Shown: positions 33,971 to 45,500 of the stretch, in pieces | How positions within the stretch are numbered: position 1 is the stretch's first letter | How the letters are laid out: each line of letters begins with the position of its first letter | NCBI GenBank assembly: GCA_036867785.1 | Contig: CP145427.1 | Location: forward strand, 310,001 to 374,000 | From: Plasmodiophora brassicae | Taxonomy: Eukaryota | Direction: 5' to 3' | DNA length: 64,000 bases | The notes under the pieces: model-generated | Told to the model about the DNA's origin: nothing | The model's database searches: none | Seen by the model: only the letters and a program-made list of their open reading frames with translations | Made by a program: the position numbers and the translations under genes

Positions 33971-35311
33971 ATGATGACGCAGAGTCGCTTGTTCCTGTTG
34001 GCGTTCGCGTCGGCGCTGTCCTCGGTGGGTGATGCCCGGCTGACCGTCCAGCAGTCGAACGGGACGGTGCTGCTGTCTGTGCCGACGGTCCACTTTGTCC
34101 TGGGCAACGACTCGTTCGCGGTACTGGCGCGCGGGTACCTCGTCGCCGACGTCAACCAGGCGACGTACTCGTACCCGGCAGACAGCGCCGGGCACGTTCT
34201 CTTTGTCCAGCGGGAGATCTCCTGGAACTATGCCGCCCAGGCGGACGAGTGCATCCGGGTGGGCTGCCAGGGCGTTGTCGTCACCGGCCAGTCCGACACC
34301 AGCGGGTACGTTGACACGTGGACGTACCGGACGGATCGCGTCCCGTTCACCAGCGTGCCGATTGTCGCCATTCCCCATTACCCGGACGACCCTTGGTTCG
34401 CGCGCATCAAGGCCCTGTTGGCAGCGGACCCGTCCCTGCTCGTCTACATCGACTCGGACGACGTCAACCCGTTCGGCGTGGCGATGCACCTCCCGTTCGT
34501 TACGTTCAGCTTCGCGCTGGGCGGCCTGATGAACGCGTTCCTGATCCTATACGCGAGCGTCAAGGTGCTGGCGTTCGCCGTTGACGACCGGTGGACGTTC
34601 AGGGCGATCCCCGTCCTGGCGCTGACGGTCCTGTCGACGCAGATCGCCGCGTCCGCCATTCGGCTGCTGGCCTGCGTCAACTGGTCCATCTGCCGAGGGC
34701 AATGCCTGGTGCCCATCTGGGTGCGCCTCTACGAGACCGTCTTCTTCCCCTTCCATTACGCGACGACAATGGCCATGGCCTGGAACATGTACGACATGTC
34801 GCGCATCGTGCACGCGACGTCCCGCTGCCAGGACGCGCTCGTCCGGGCGCTCATGATCGGCATCGTCTGCGTGTGCGCGTTCGACGCGTACAACACGGTC
34901 AGTGCGGCGGTCGCCCAGAAGGAGACGCTGGCGACGTCGGCGGTCGTCCTCGTCTACGTCCTGATCACGTTGCCGATCTCGATCCTGTTCATTGTCAACG
35001 GCGCCAGGGTGTCCAGGTTCCTGATGGACTCGTCGAGGCAGCACGCCGACCTGCGCAAGGTGGCGCTGGCCAGACGGACGGCCATCAGCGGCGTCGTCGG
35101 CATCGGCTGCTTCGTCACGCTCGTCCTGGCCCTGGTCTTCGACCTTCTGGCACTGGCCCCGTCGACGATGTACACGAACGTCGGGTTCGCCATGTTCTTC
35201 AACACGCTCGAAGGCATCATGTTCGTGGCCGCGTTCGTCCAACCCGCGTCGGCGGTCTCGTTCGCCAGCCGCTTCCGCAAGACGACGGTGGCGATCACGC
35301 CGCAGCCGTAG
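33971..35311 (+). CDS. Intronless signal peptide + extracellular domain + ~7 TM protein (GPCR-like topology)
   Basis: MMTQSRLFLLAFASALSSVGDA signal, ~150 aa soluble region, then about seven hydrophobic helices. Confidence 0.72.
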   Translation: MMTQSRLFLLAFASALSSVGDARLTVQQSNGTVLLSVPTVHFVLGNDSFAVLARGYLVADVNQATYSYPADSAGHVLFVQREISWNYAAQADECIRVGCQGVVVTGQSDTSGYVDTWTYRTDRVPFTSVPIVAIPHYPDDPWFARIKALLAADPSLLVYIDSDDVNPFGVAMHLPFVTFSFALGGLMNAFLILYASVKVLAFAVDDRWTFRAIPVLALTVLSTQIAASAIRLLACVNWSICRGQCLVPIWVRLYETVFFPFHYATTMAMAWNMYDMSRIVHATSRCQDALVRALMIGIVCVCAFDAYNTVSAAVAQKETLATSAVVLVYVLITLPISILFIVNGARVSRFLMDSSRQHADLRKVALARRTAISGVVGIGCFVTLVLALVFDLLALAPSTMYTNVGFAMFFNTLEGIMFVAAFVQPASAVSFASRFRKTTVAITPQP

Positions 35312-36097
35312 AGTTTGGGCCCAGCTGCTGCGGCGGCGCAGAACGCTTTCGCTACGAATGAATGATGGTCGCCACTACCACCACATTAGGGCTTGGATAC
35401 GTGTTCATTACAGAGCAGCGTCTAATGGCGGCCCCTGAAATGCGCCATCGGGACAGGCCCCTGGACACGGGAAACCGCATCTCCAGATGCAATTCGGGTA
35501 CCGCCGGGACGTTGTCCACCCCGCTTCCGCACGGCGCCTATCTATAGCATTGTTGTCGAATCCGGATCGCCGCGTGCTCCGCAGTTACAACGCGGCGGAC
35601 GTCGCGGCGAGTCGACGCGACAACGCTGTCTTTCGTACGCGCAGCGTCTGGCGTCGTCGGGGGAGACGTCTTCGAGTCGGGTCGACAACACACTAGCCTT
35701 TAGTTCGTACGTGCCGCGTCTGGCTGTGTCGCCAATATTGTTCGAGTGTCCCCAAATGCCCAAAGACGTTTGGCAGAAGGGATCTGATCATTTCGCACCT
35801 GAAACGCGTAACACGTTCCCGATATCGTGGCCTTGGCAGCACCGTCTGGTGAACAGCTGTAGGGCATCTGCCGCGAACTTTGTTGCACCGTGCCGGCCCG
35901 AGTCCACCGTACCTGTCGTTACAAATGGTCCTGCTCAAGTTGCTGTCGATGCAGGTCTGTCACAGTGAAGGGATTTATGGGGCTCTGCTGATGCCTTTGC
36001 TATATACATAGATGCGGGCGTACTCCTAACCGATTCAGGTGAGGCTCCCGGCAATTCGGTAGGCGCATTTGGTTGTCATTGCATCCTCTGACGTTAC

Positions 36098-37012
36098 CTC
36101 TGACGTCGACTGGTTTGACAGTTCTGTCAACGACGAATCGATGGTTCTCGTCAAGGAACTGTCGCAGTCTCGGTGACTGTGGTGGTGCGCCTTAGACCAA
36201 CTGTGCCTCTCCCGCCGTCGTATCGTGAATTGAACACGACGGCGACGACATTGACGCCACGGCTGACTGTTGACAACAAACAGTTGTCGTATCCATTTCC
36301 ATCGGTCGTCATGTCGTCTGATCATTTGTATGTTGGCGACACTCTTTACATCGAGGTTGACGGCGCCATAGGCGCTGCAGGCGTCATTGCAGAGCGTCCT
36401 AGATCCTGGTTCCACGACGGGCTGTACCCAATTCAGATCCGGCCCTTGGGGCGGGCCAGGTCGTATATCATGGATCGACCATCACCGACCTGATGTCAAG
36501 CTACCGAGCAGTGCCACGTTTAACGTATCGCAGTACTGATGTTGGGAAAATCCACTCCTGGCATCCGGTGGTCTTCAGATCGAGGAGCCTCTCGACCCCA
36601 TCCTTCGTAACACTAGTTGGTAGCTTGGCATCAGGTCGAAGATGGTCGATCCAATCCATGATACAACTCTTACTGGCCGCTCCAAGGGCCGGATCTGGAT
36701 TGGGTACGGCCCACCGTGGAACCAGGATCCAGGGCGCCCTGTAATGACGCCTGCAGCGCCTATGGCGCCGTCAACCTCAATGTAAACCGTGTCGCCAACA
36801 TACAAATGATCAGACGACATGACGACCGACGGAAAGGGGTATGATAACGCGTTGTTGTCGACAATCAACCGTGGCGTAAATGTCGTCGCAGTTGTGTTGA
36901 GTTCGCGATACGACGGCGGGAAGGGCACCACAGTCGCCGCGACTGCGACAGTTCCTTGAGGATAATCATAGATTCCTCGTTGACGAAATTGCCTAAACAG
37001 TCGACGTCAGCC
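36098..37012. repeat. Inverted repeat, arms ~36098-36500 and ~36625-37012
   Basis: ORFs 36173-36493(+) and 36575-36931(-) share PPSYRELNTTATT.TPRL.VDN..LSYPFPSVVMSSDHLYVGDT.YIEVDGAIGAAGVI; DNA similarity extends beyond the ORFs. Confidence 0.9.
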
Positions 37013-38445
37013 GGTACGTCTGAGGGTGCAGTGTCAACCGAAATGGACATTCCAAATGAGTCGATGGCGGTATTGCCGGGAGTCTGGCTTGAATCCGTTG
37101 GGGGCATGCCCGCATCTATGTTCTCGTTCCACCGAGGTTGACAAGGCAAAGAAATGAACGACCCGGGGTAATCGAAGGAGGCGAACAGCCGAAACCAAAT
37201 GGCGGCCAGGTGACGATGCCGAAGTTGGGCGACGTCTGTACGGCGTCTCTTTGAATAACGCCAGAATAAGGCCGACGATCCAGTCAATCGGGGATGTGGT
37301 GACGTCGATCAAGCCATGTTGGAATGCCTTGCCGAGATGCATTCAGAGTCTTGTAGTAATACAGGGTTCGCCGAATGGAGCGGATTCGTTAATGCCTGAA
37401 AACGTTCATCATCATTTGAGTTGCCACATGATGTAAAGCAAAGCATACTCAGCCAATGAGGAGGCTCCAAAGCTGCGCCCAACGAAGGACAGCCCCCAAC
37501 TTGGCAACATCACGACCATGTTCTACGATACCACTACCGGGATTTTTTACATGTAAAAAACAGGCTTGTAAAAAACACCCCTTTATTACAACAATTCCAT
37601 AGTTCTCGGTTTATTCCGGACAGTCCTCACAATTCACGGTCAAGTTAAGCCATGAGGTCACGGGCCGAACTGTCTTTCGTGCTGTCCGGGGACAACAGGT
37701 CAACGATCTTGTTGCAGATAAAACCAGAGACAGCCCGGTCGGCCAGATGGAACTGGGTCAATGCCGACCCAGAACATGAACATCTGTCGGCATGTGGTGG
37801 TTTGGCTGGGCACACGGCCTCGTCAGTCTGAAATGCTGACAGGCAGGTCTGCTCGAGCGCATTGCGAGTGCGCTTCGACCACGCGTGGAAGTTTTTCACT
37901 CCCCTGAGACGATAATATGCCGTTCAGGTGTCGTCGCCGGTTTGGTCCAGTCAACGTACACCTCGGTGAAAACGGTGTGATGGCCCGTAGGCGCTGTAGC
38001 TCACCGTCGTGATGGGACTGCTATGGCCGGCCAGTGGGAACCGCTGTCCGAAATCGAGGCGGGTCATGAGTTCCCGGTTCTCCTGCTTCTGCATCTGCAA
38101 CTTCGAGTGCATCTGTTGGCACATGGCAAATAGTAGCTCGTAGGTGAGTAGGTCAGTCGACGACGAAGGGTTCGTTTTACAGATTGTATCCAAGTTTGAC
38201 CAGCATACTCAGACCCATGGGACATGAGACACAATCTGACCTGGGAGACTTTGAAGCTAAAGATGGCCATCTCTGGCATCCTTGCTTCGACAGGGAAAGC
38301 GAATGCCAAGAGAAGAGGCTCCCAGGCGGGAACGTGACGTTCCTCGTGATCCAAATATTTCTTCATTGCTATCCAAATATGTGTTTCCACCGTAAGCAAC
38401 TTAAATCACCCAGTCACCTACCGTCCCGGAGTCATTGTTGTGCAC

Positions 38446-38519
38446 GCATCATGTTCGTGGCCGCGTTCGTCCCGCCCGCGTCGGCAGTCTCGTTCGCAAG
38501 GCTCTTCAGCAGGAAGACG
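38446..38519 (+). pseudogene. Duplicated fragment of the 3' end of the 7TM gene (35214-35287)
   Basis: GCATCATGTTCGTGGCCGCGTTCGTCC...CCCGCGTCGGC.GTCTCGTTCGC is shared; IMFVAAFVPPASAVSFA vs IMFVAAFVQPASAVSFA. Confidence 0.8.
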
Positions 38520-38698
38520 CAACCTTACAAGGCCCTGCTGCTGCTGCTGCGCAGAACGCGAAAACCAAACAAATGGGTATTGCGCGTCTGCATTGCCGTT
38601 CGCAGACTGCACTTGTTGCGCGGTTGCCACCTGATGAGTACACGTTCAGGTGGCACGCGCTCCAGGTGTTGGTTGGCTCATCACTGGGTGAATGTGAC

Positions 38699-39139
38699 AT
38701 GATCGATGTCTGCTCGAATGGCAGCCTGGCCCGCGGCGCATTCCTGGCCGTGTTCTGGGCGTATTTCGTCGGGTCGGTCGTCGCCGTGACGTTCGTGCCG
38801 ATCGAGATCGGCGCGTACATGTTCCTCGAGGCGGACTTCGCGTCGTTGTACCTGGCGTCATCGTTGCTGCTGAACTGGGCGGTGGTCAGCGCGTTCTGGT
38901 GCATCTGCAGCGCCGTGCTCTCCATTCGCCTCGACTCGTTCGACAGGTCCATCGCGCTCTGGTCCATTTCGTCCTACGCCAGCATCAGCAGCGGCCTCGT
39001 CATCATGCTGGCCATCCTCGCAAACAACGACGGCGACGTCATCGCTTCGCTCTTGTACGTCATCGCCTTCTTCGCGAACCTCATCCTCATCGCCTTCCTC
39101 GCCGCGCTCCTCCGTCAAACCTTTCACCGAGGCCGCTGA
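38699..39139 (+). CDS. Hypothetical ~4 TM membrane protein, possibly a fragment of a larger TM gene
   Basis: 146 aa, four hydrophobic stretches, GC3-rich codons. Confidence 0.55.
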   Translation: MIDVCSNGSLARGAFLAVFWAYFVGSVVAVTFVPIEIGAYMFLEADFASLYLASSLLLNWAVVSAFWCICSAVLSIRLDSFDRSIALWSISSYASISSGLVIMLAILANNDGDVIASLLYVIAFFANLILIAFLAALLRQTFHRGR

Positions 39140-39371
39140 CCACGAATCCTTCCCATTGCCGCCATGACCGGGTGCCGCCGACGGCACACCTTGATGTGGA
39201 CTCGACACGTCATATACTGCGTTTATCATCTAAGCGGTACCAAGATAGCGTTCCACAAACGTTAGGCGCAGCACATAGGCACGCGGTTCGGGCATGGCTC
39301 TCGTGTCCCTGCTTGGGAAGGCGCGTGCCGCCGACACGGTCACGAGCCACGTGCTCAGAATCGCAAACGCC

Positions 39372-41093
39372 ATGTCGAGCGCACTCGTCGTCGCCGCTGT
39401 CGCGGTGCTTGTCGCGACCGTCGCCGATGGAGGCGCGCCGATGACGCGCCTGAACCTGAACAACCCGACGCTGGACCCGACGATCCCGAACACGCCGCCC
39501 GTGACGACCGGCGTCGTCGCCGCGTTCTTCACGAACCAGGCGCCGTTCCCGGCGACGAACATCCCGGCCGGGCTGCTGACCCATCTGATCTACTCGTTCG
39601 CCAATGTCAACACCGACTGCTCGATCTTCACCATGTACCAGGCCGACCTGGACCCGAACAACCCGTTCAGTTACGCGCAGGTCCTGGCAACGGTACGCGC
39701 CAGCGCGCCCGACGACGTGGGCACCGACGACCGGGTAGTAATAACCGGCCTCGTGTGTGTCAGGTTCGCAAGGCGAACCCGAACATCAAGGTCATGCTGT
39801 CGTTCGGCGGCGACACGCAGAACGTGGACCCGAAGACGTGCCCGGCGTTCACCGCCTGTGTGGCGACGCAGGCGACGCGGGCCACGTTCATCGGCAACAT
39901 GCTCGCCTGGGTGCGCCAGCACGGCTTCGACGGCATCGACCTGGACTGGGAGTCGCCGGGCGTCCCGCTCAAGTGCGGCGTCCCCGACGACAAGCCCAAC
40001 TTCGTGTCGCTTCTGCGCGAGATGCAGGCCCAGATCAGGACCGACGTTGCCAACGGCAAACCCGACCTGCTCGTCTCGCTGTCGTTGATATCGTCGCCCT
40101 CGTAAGCCAGGAATCGCCCAGGCACGGGGCGCGTCCGCATGCTGAGCACACGCCCCGCAGGTACATCCAGGAGGGGTTGGACCTCGCCAACCTGCACTAC
40201 TACGTCAACTTCATCAACCTGCAATTCTGTACGTCGCCGCTGTGAGCTGTTCGCCATCGGCGGGACTCACCGCGACGACAGATGAGTTGACGCTGGGTGA
40301 TCTGAAGAAGACGGAGCCGCACACGGCTCTACAGGGCAACCAAGTTGGCAGTAGGCGCTCCGTCGGGCGCCGACCCTGTGAGCGTGTGCTAACCCGGTGT
40401 GCCGTCCAGCGTCGATGGTCGACTCGCTGGCCCTGTTCGACGCGTTGCCCGCCAGCAAGATCGTGGCCGGCGTCGGGTTCTTCTCGAAAGGTCGGTGTGG
40501 TCACCGGGTGCCGGCTCGCTGTGTGCCGCTGAGGCGTGCCCGGCAGCGTACAGGCTGGCGGCCGACACGCCCTGCGCCTACTACCAGGCCGACCTCGGGT
40601 TCGACCTGGGCGCCGAGCTCGCCTACCACCAGATCGTCGACCTGCTGGCCGCCAACCCGCAAATCGCGGTGACACACGACGCGGCGACGACGACGACGTT
40701 CTTCTGCACGACCGCCGGCGACGGCACCCGCGTCCTGCACTCGTACTCGACGGCCGACGACCTCCAGCAGGACATCAACTTCTTCCTCGTAAGCCGATCA
40801 GACAGGTGCGCCCCCCCAGCACTGACCATCGCCAGGTGCAAGGCCTCGCCGGCACCAACATCTGGACCGTCAACCACGACGTCCAGCCCGGGTTCCCCCT
40901 GACCAGCATGCTGACCAAGAGCATGGTCCGCAGCGTGGCGACGACGGCGCCGACGAAGAACGGCGGCCAGGGACCCGTCGCGTCCGGGCCCACGCCCCCG
41001 ACCAGCACCAGCAACACCGCCACCATCCCGACGGACGCGGCTGTCGCCACCGCGCTCCTGCTCGTCCTGACCGCCTTCATCTACGCCCTGTAA
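39372..41093 (+). CDS. GH18 chitinase copy B (inverted paralog of copy A)
   Basis: Near-identical exons including FDGIDLDWE; different stalk and tail (...ATALLLVLTAFIYAL*). Confidence 0.92.
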
Positions 41094-41168
41094 ATACACA
41101 CAGACACAGACCGACAGGGACGCGCCACGAAGCAACGGCGGCCGCCCGGGCGCAGGTCCGAGCGCGCC

Positions 41169-42275
41169 ATGCGCGACGTCGGGCGCCGACGCCACCAGCG
41201 CCTGATCGACGCGCACCGTCGCGTCGAAGACGGCCTGCGGGTACCGGTGCGGAGCGTCGTGCGGCGGCTGCTGGACCTGGCGGGCGCGTTCCGCCTGCTG
41301 GGCGACCATTTCACGTCGCACGCGTACCGGCAGGTCGCCGCGGCCGTCGAGCAGGACAGCAGGCCCCGGTGCCCGGACGCGGTGCCGGCGCCCGTCGTCG
41401 CGGTCGTCGAGGCGCTCGTCGCCTGCGATGGGCGGCGCTCGCCGCTGATGGACCGGTTGCGGTCGTCGGCGACGCTGTCGGCGCTGATGGCGCTGGGCGG
41501 CAGCGTCGTCATCGGGCCGGCGATGGCGCGCCGGCTCGTGAAGCGGGGCGTCGCCCTGCAACGCCTGCCGTGGGTCAGCCCCGCCCATCGCGTCGCGGCG
41601 ACGAACGAGCCGCAGGCGATGACGCGGCAGGGGGCGCGCCGCCTCCTCGACCTCGTGCGGCGGGCGTGCGGCGGCGGCGTCGACGTCGTCGTCGAACCGT
41701 GCGGACAGTACCGGCGGCGCGCGTCACGCTGCGACTTCCTGTACGTCGTGATCAGCTACCCGACGTTGTCGACGGAGGACGACTGGGCGGCCGTGCTGAG
41801 GGCGATCGTCGAGGCGCTGCCGGTGACGGTGGTCGTCGTGCTCGCCGAGACCGACCGCGAGGTGGACCTGCTGGTCGCGTACGACGAGCGACGACGTCCG
41901 GTGCACCGGCTGCGGATGCGGTTGTGCCTGTGGGATCACCGGGCGATCGCGATGCTGAACGCGACCGGGTCGGACGAGTTCGTGCGACGCGTGCGCTGGG
42001 CGGCCAGGGACGCCGGGTTCTTCCTCCTGGACACCGACGAGGTCGTCAGGCGCCCCAGGCACGACAGCGACGCGCCCGACGTCGTCGACGCGCGGTTGCT
42101 GCCGACGGAGCGGGCCGTCTTCGACCTGATCGGGATGCACGATGCACCGGCGCCTCGGTATCGGGACGCGTTCCCGCTGCAGGGAGCCGGCGCTACCGGC
42201 GCCCCGTTGATGCGATCGGGGTCCTTCACGCCCTTCTACAGGGTCAAACGGGCCGCCGTCAAGGTCACGCTGTGA
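41169..42275 (+). CDS. DNA polymerase X family-like protein, probably catalytically inactive, intronless
   Basis: GDHFTSHAYRQVAAAV (8 kDa domain-like), CGQYRRR (GSYRRG motif), ATGSDEFVRRVRWAARDAGFFL (YFTGS...R...G.L motif), TERAVFDLIGM...PRYR (thumb). Confidence 0.75.
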   Translation: MRDVGRRRHQRLIDAHRRVEDGLRVPVRSVVRRLLDLAGAFRLLGDHFTSHAYRQVAAAVEQDSRPRCPDAVPAPVVAVVEALVACDGRRSPLMDRLRSSATLSALMALGGSVVIGPAMARRLVKRGVALQRLPWVSPAHRVAATNEPQAMTRQGARRLLDLVRRACGGGVDVVVEPCGQYRRRASRCDFLYVVISYPTLSTEDDWAAVLRAIVEALPVTVVVVLAETDREVDLLVAYDERRRPVHRLRMRLCLWDHRAIAMLNATGSDEFVRRVRWAARDAGFFLLDTDEVVRRPRHDSDAPDVVDARLLPTERAVFDLIGMHDAPAPRYRDAFPLQGAGATGAPLMRSGSFTPFYRVKRAAVKVTL

Positions 42276-42507
42276 CGCCAACCCCCGGGGCCCCCCTGAC
42301 CTTGCCTTCGTGTCGGGTGCAATGCCCGTCTACTGCCTGCCCTGTGGACGATAAACGTCTAGCTGGTCTAGGCTCCGACGCGATGCCCGGCCCGGCCTGC
42401 CTTCTGTGACACGCCATCAACGTGCTTCCGGGAACGCACACGGGACCTTACTATATTGGCTATGCCGCATCATGACGTTAAGACAATGACGGCGCGCGCG
42501 CGTGCGC

Positions 42508-45500
42508 TCAAGGACTGCTTAGCGACCCTTCGGCACTGTCGCCTCGTTCGGTGACCTTGGTGTGCAGCATTTCTCGCAGGCGGTCGCGAACGGATTCAGG
42601 GATGGCGTCGATAACGGAGCCGAGAGTGTCGGGCGTCAGCGAGCGTGCCCATGCGCGAGCGATGCCGGAGACGCGGGCGCGCTCGCCAACGCTCCGGATG
42701 CGGCCGGCGTTCTCCTCGATCCATTCAACGACGAACAGGTCATCGTCGGCGTTGCCTTGCAGGCAGTCCAGGTGACGTTCGTCGACATCGTTGCCGAACC
42801 GCTCGACAAAGACCGATCGCAGGAGCTCGACGTCAGTAGCGTCGTCGTCGAACCGTTGCGTTAGTTCTTCGAGTCCCTTGCGCCCGATATCGTCGACCAA
42901 GCTCGCCTCCAGCAGGCGACGGCGAAGTCTCCAGTAGAAGAAGGAGCGCGCGGAACGCCAGGGGACGATGCCATCGATGGTGCGTGTCGCCAGCATTCGC
43001 TGTGGGACATCGTGGAGATCGGCAAACTTCTCTGCAATCTGCAGGTACACCGCACGCAGAGCACCGTCGTTCTGGACGTCATCACCGAATCGCCGCGCGA
43101 GAGCGGCGAGTTTGGGTCCACCAAACCGAACGCCAACGAGGCCGGATGGCTCAAGGACGCCACCGCGACTGCTGTTTTCGGCGTACATCTCCATGTAGCC
43201 CTTGTTGATGGATTTGTCCACCACGACCCAGGATCCTCCTCGCAGCTCCGCTGCGAACACTGTCAGAGGAAATCACGTGGAGTGACAGCTATCCCCGACC
43301 TCCAGGCGGAAGGTACACGAACACGGGGACCTTGGCGGTGCGTAACGCGTCGACAATGAGGGCACCGAACTTGAGGACTTCGTTGTTCATGTCGCGCTGT
43401 CCACCGCTGAACCCTCTCCAGTTAGCCTGCGCCCGAGATTGAGTCGGATGTGGTAACACGAGCCGGAAGCTACGAATACCAGGATCATGATGGGGATGCC
43501 TTCGCGTGAGAAGTCATTGATGCACTGGGCGACTTTGAATGCCGTGTCTGGGAATAGAACCTGGCCCGCCTGGGTGCAACGCATCTCCTCACTCTTTTCC
43601 TCGGCCGGGTCTGCGGCCTGTTGAACCAACGTGAGATGACGATCGGTTAGCTGTTACGGGAGACTACTACCAACCGTGAACCGATCGCGACTACGAGTCT
43701 CGACAGCAATTACACCCACAGGAATGCCACCCAAGCGCGCACGCCCACACACTGCTGTCTGAGCCCACCACTGCATCGTCTCACGCCATGACCCTTTGTC
43801 AAATAGACCAGGGTGACTGCCGTCGCCGTTGAGCAGCAGTCTAGGGTCGTAAGCAGACGAAACGTCGACGTCCACAGACACAGGGCGGTCAATGGGATCG
43901 TCGAATTCACGCGATACGTCAGGCAGGAACGATATCCAATCGACAATGGCCGACACACCATCTAAATCGTCGTCAACAATCTTGTGGGCAATGCCGTTCC
44001 CGGACATGACTTCAGGGCCGCCTAATTGCCTGTTGCTCGCATACACTTTCCGACCCAGTATGCTGTTCAACGCCGAATATCCGGTGAGAATTATAGGGGC
44101 CGCATCGCCTCCTTTCTGTTGTCCCAAACGTCAGTGCAGCCGCCTGAATGCACAAGGTAAATGGTACCTGGATGACGCGCTGGCCCAGTCGAGCAAGGTA
44201 AGCCCCAATCCCGACGGTTCTTGAAGAAACGTAGGTTAAGGTAAAGGTTTCGTCGTAGGCTGCACCGGTTTCGCCGGCGATCGCACCAGACCCTGCCAGG
44301 TTCTCGACGCCAATTCCAGCGTTCGGTTTCCCAATGATAGCGCGAAGACGCCCTTCAGAGTCTGTCAAACACGACGACGCTGCGCCAGAATTGGTCGGGA
44401 GCAGCAGATCTCGGAACCCTTTCCGGTGATCATCCGGATTGACCCAGTCGACATCGAAGGTATGGAGAACCTCCTCGGCAATGCCAATACGTGCCCCAGA
44501 GTTCGCGGCAATGTAAATGCGGGGTAGACGATGGCGCCGAGCGTATCGAGACGCTCGGAGGAACAAAGCGTCCTCAGAAACGCTAAAAGACCCTGCTTTG
44601 ATTGTGATGTCGTTCGCAATCAGTATTACCGGACGGCCACGAATGGTAAGCAGCAATGCGACCATGGCTATCGAGTTTTGTCCTGACGAGCGGTGAACGG
44701 CACGGAGACCTGAAGCACGGGATGAGTTATACTGAAACCGCAGCAGCAACCATGCAATATACCCTCTGCTCCAAGCGTCTCCTGGCTGTGGCCATCAGGG
44801 AAATCATGAGGTGCAGCAGGCTGTCGGCAGTCTTCCTCAGTGGCCACAAGTTCGATGGAAGAGAACGAAGGACCGCTTGCACCGATGACTGGGAGAGCTT
44901 GATGACTGAAGCGGTCAACGGCTTCTCGGAATAGATCGAGGAAATCGTACACAAATTGCGTCTGCAAACGGTGAGCAGCGCGTCGTCGCTCATCCACGCG
45001 AGTCCGCAAACTGTATGGCGTGCTGACGGGAAGTCCACACAAGGCGCCACGCTCGCCTTTGTAGCGAACGATGCCGTCGGGGCCCGTCTCTTCGACGTAC
45101 CTGTCAATGACGAGTATATGGCCGGTTGGGTCGGTCAGAACGAACCGAACAACTTGGCTAGTGGACGCATTGATTGAGACCGTCAGGCGCACTTCGACAC
45201 AGGTCACCCGGCAGCGGCTGACGACAGATTCGTAGCGGCGGAAGAGGGAGCGAAGAAATTCGTCGGGCATAGAAACTTCACTGGTCAGGAGGAAGTTCAA
45301 GAAGATATGATTGTCACGAAATTCCTCCGCACTGGGTCCAAGTGCCACCATCGCAGACTCTATGGACAGCAGAGCTTCCTGAAGAGCAGCTTCCGACTCG
45401 TTACGAGGCTCGTGGCGATCGAGATCGACGACAGCAGCACCGCCATCTTCGCCAGCAGCCATCCGGAGCCCCAAGGCCGATATGAAACGAACAAGACCCC

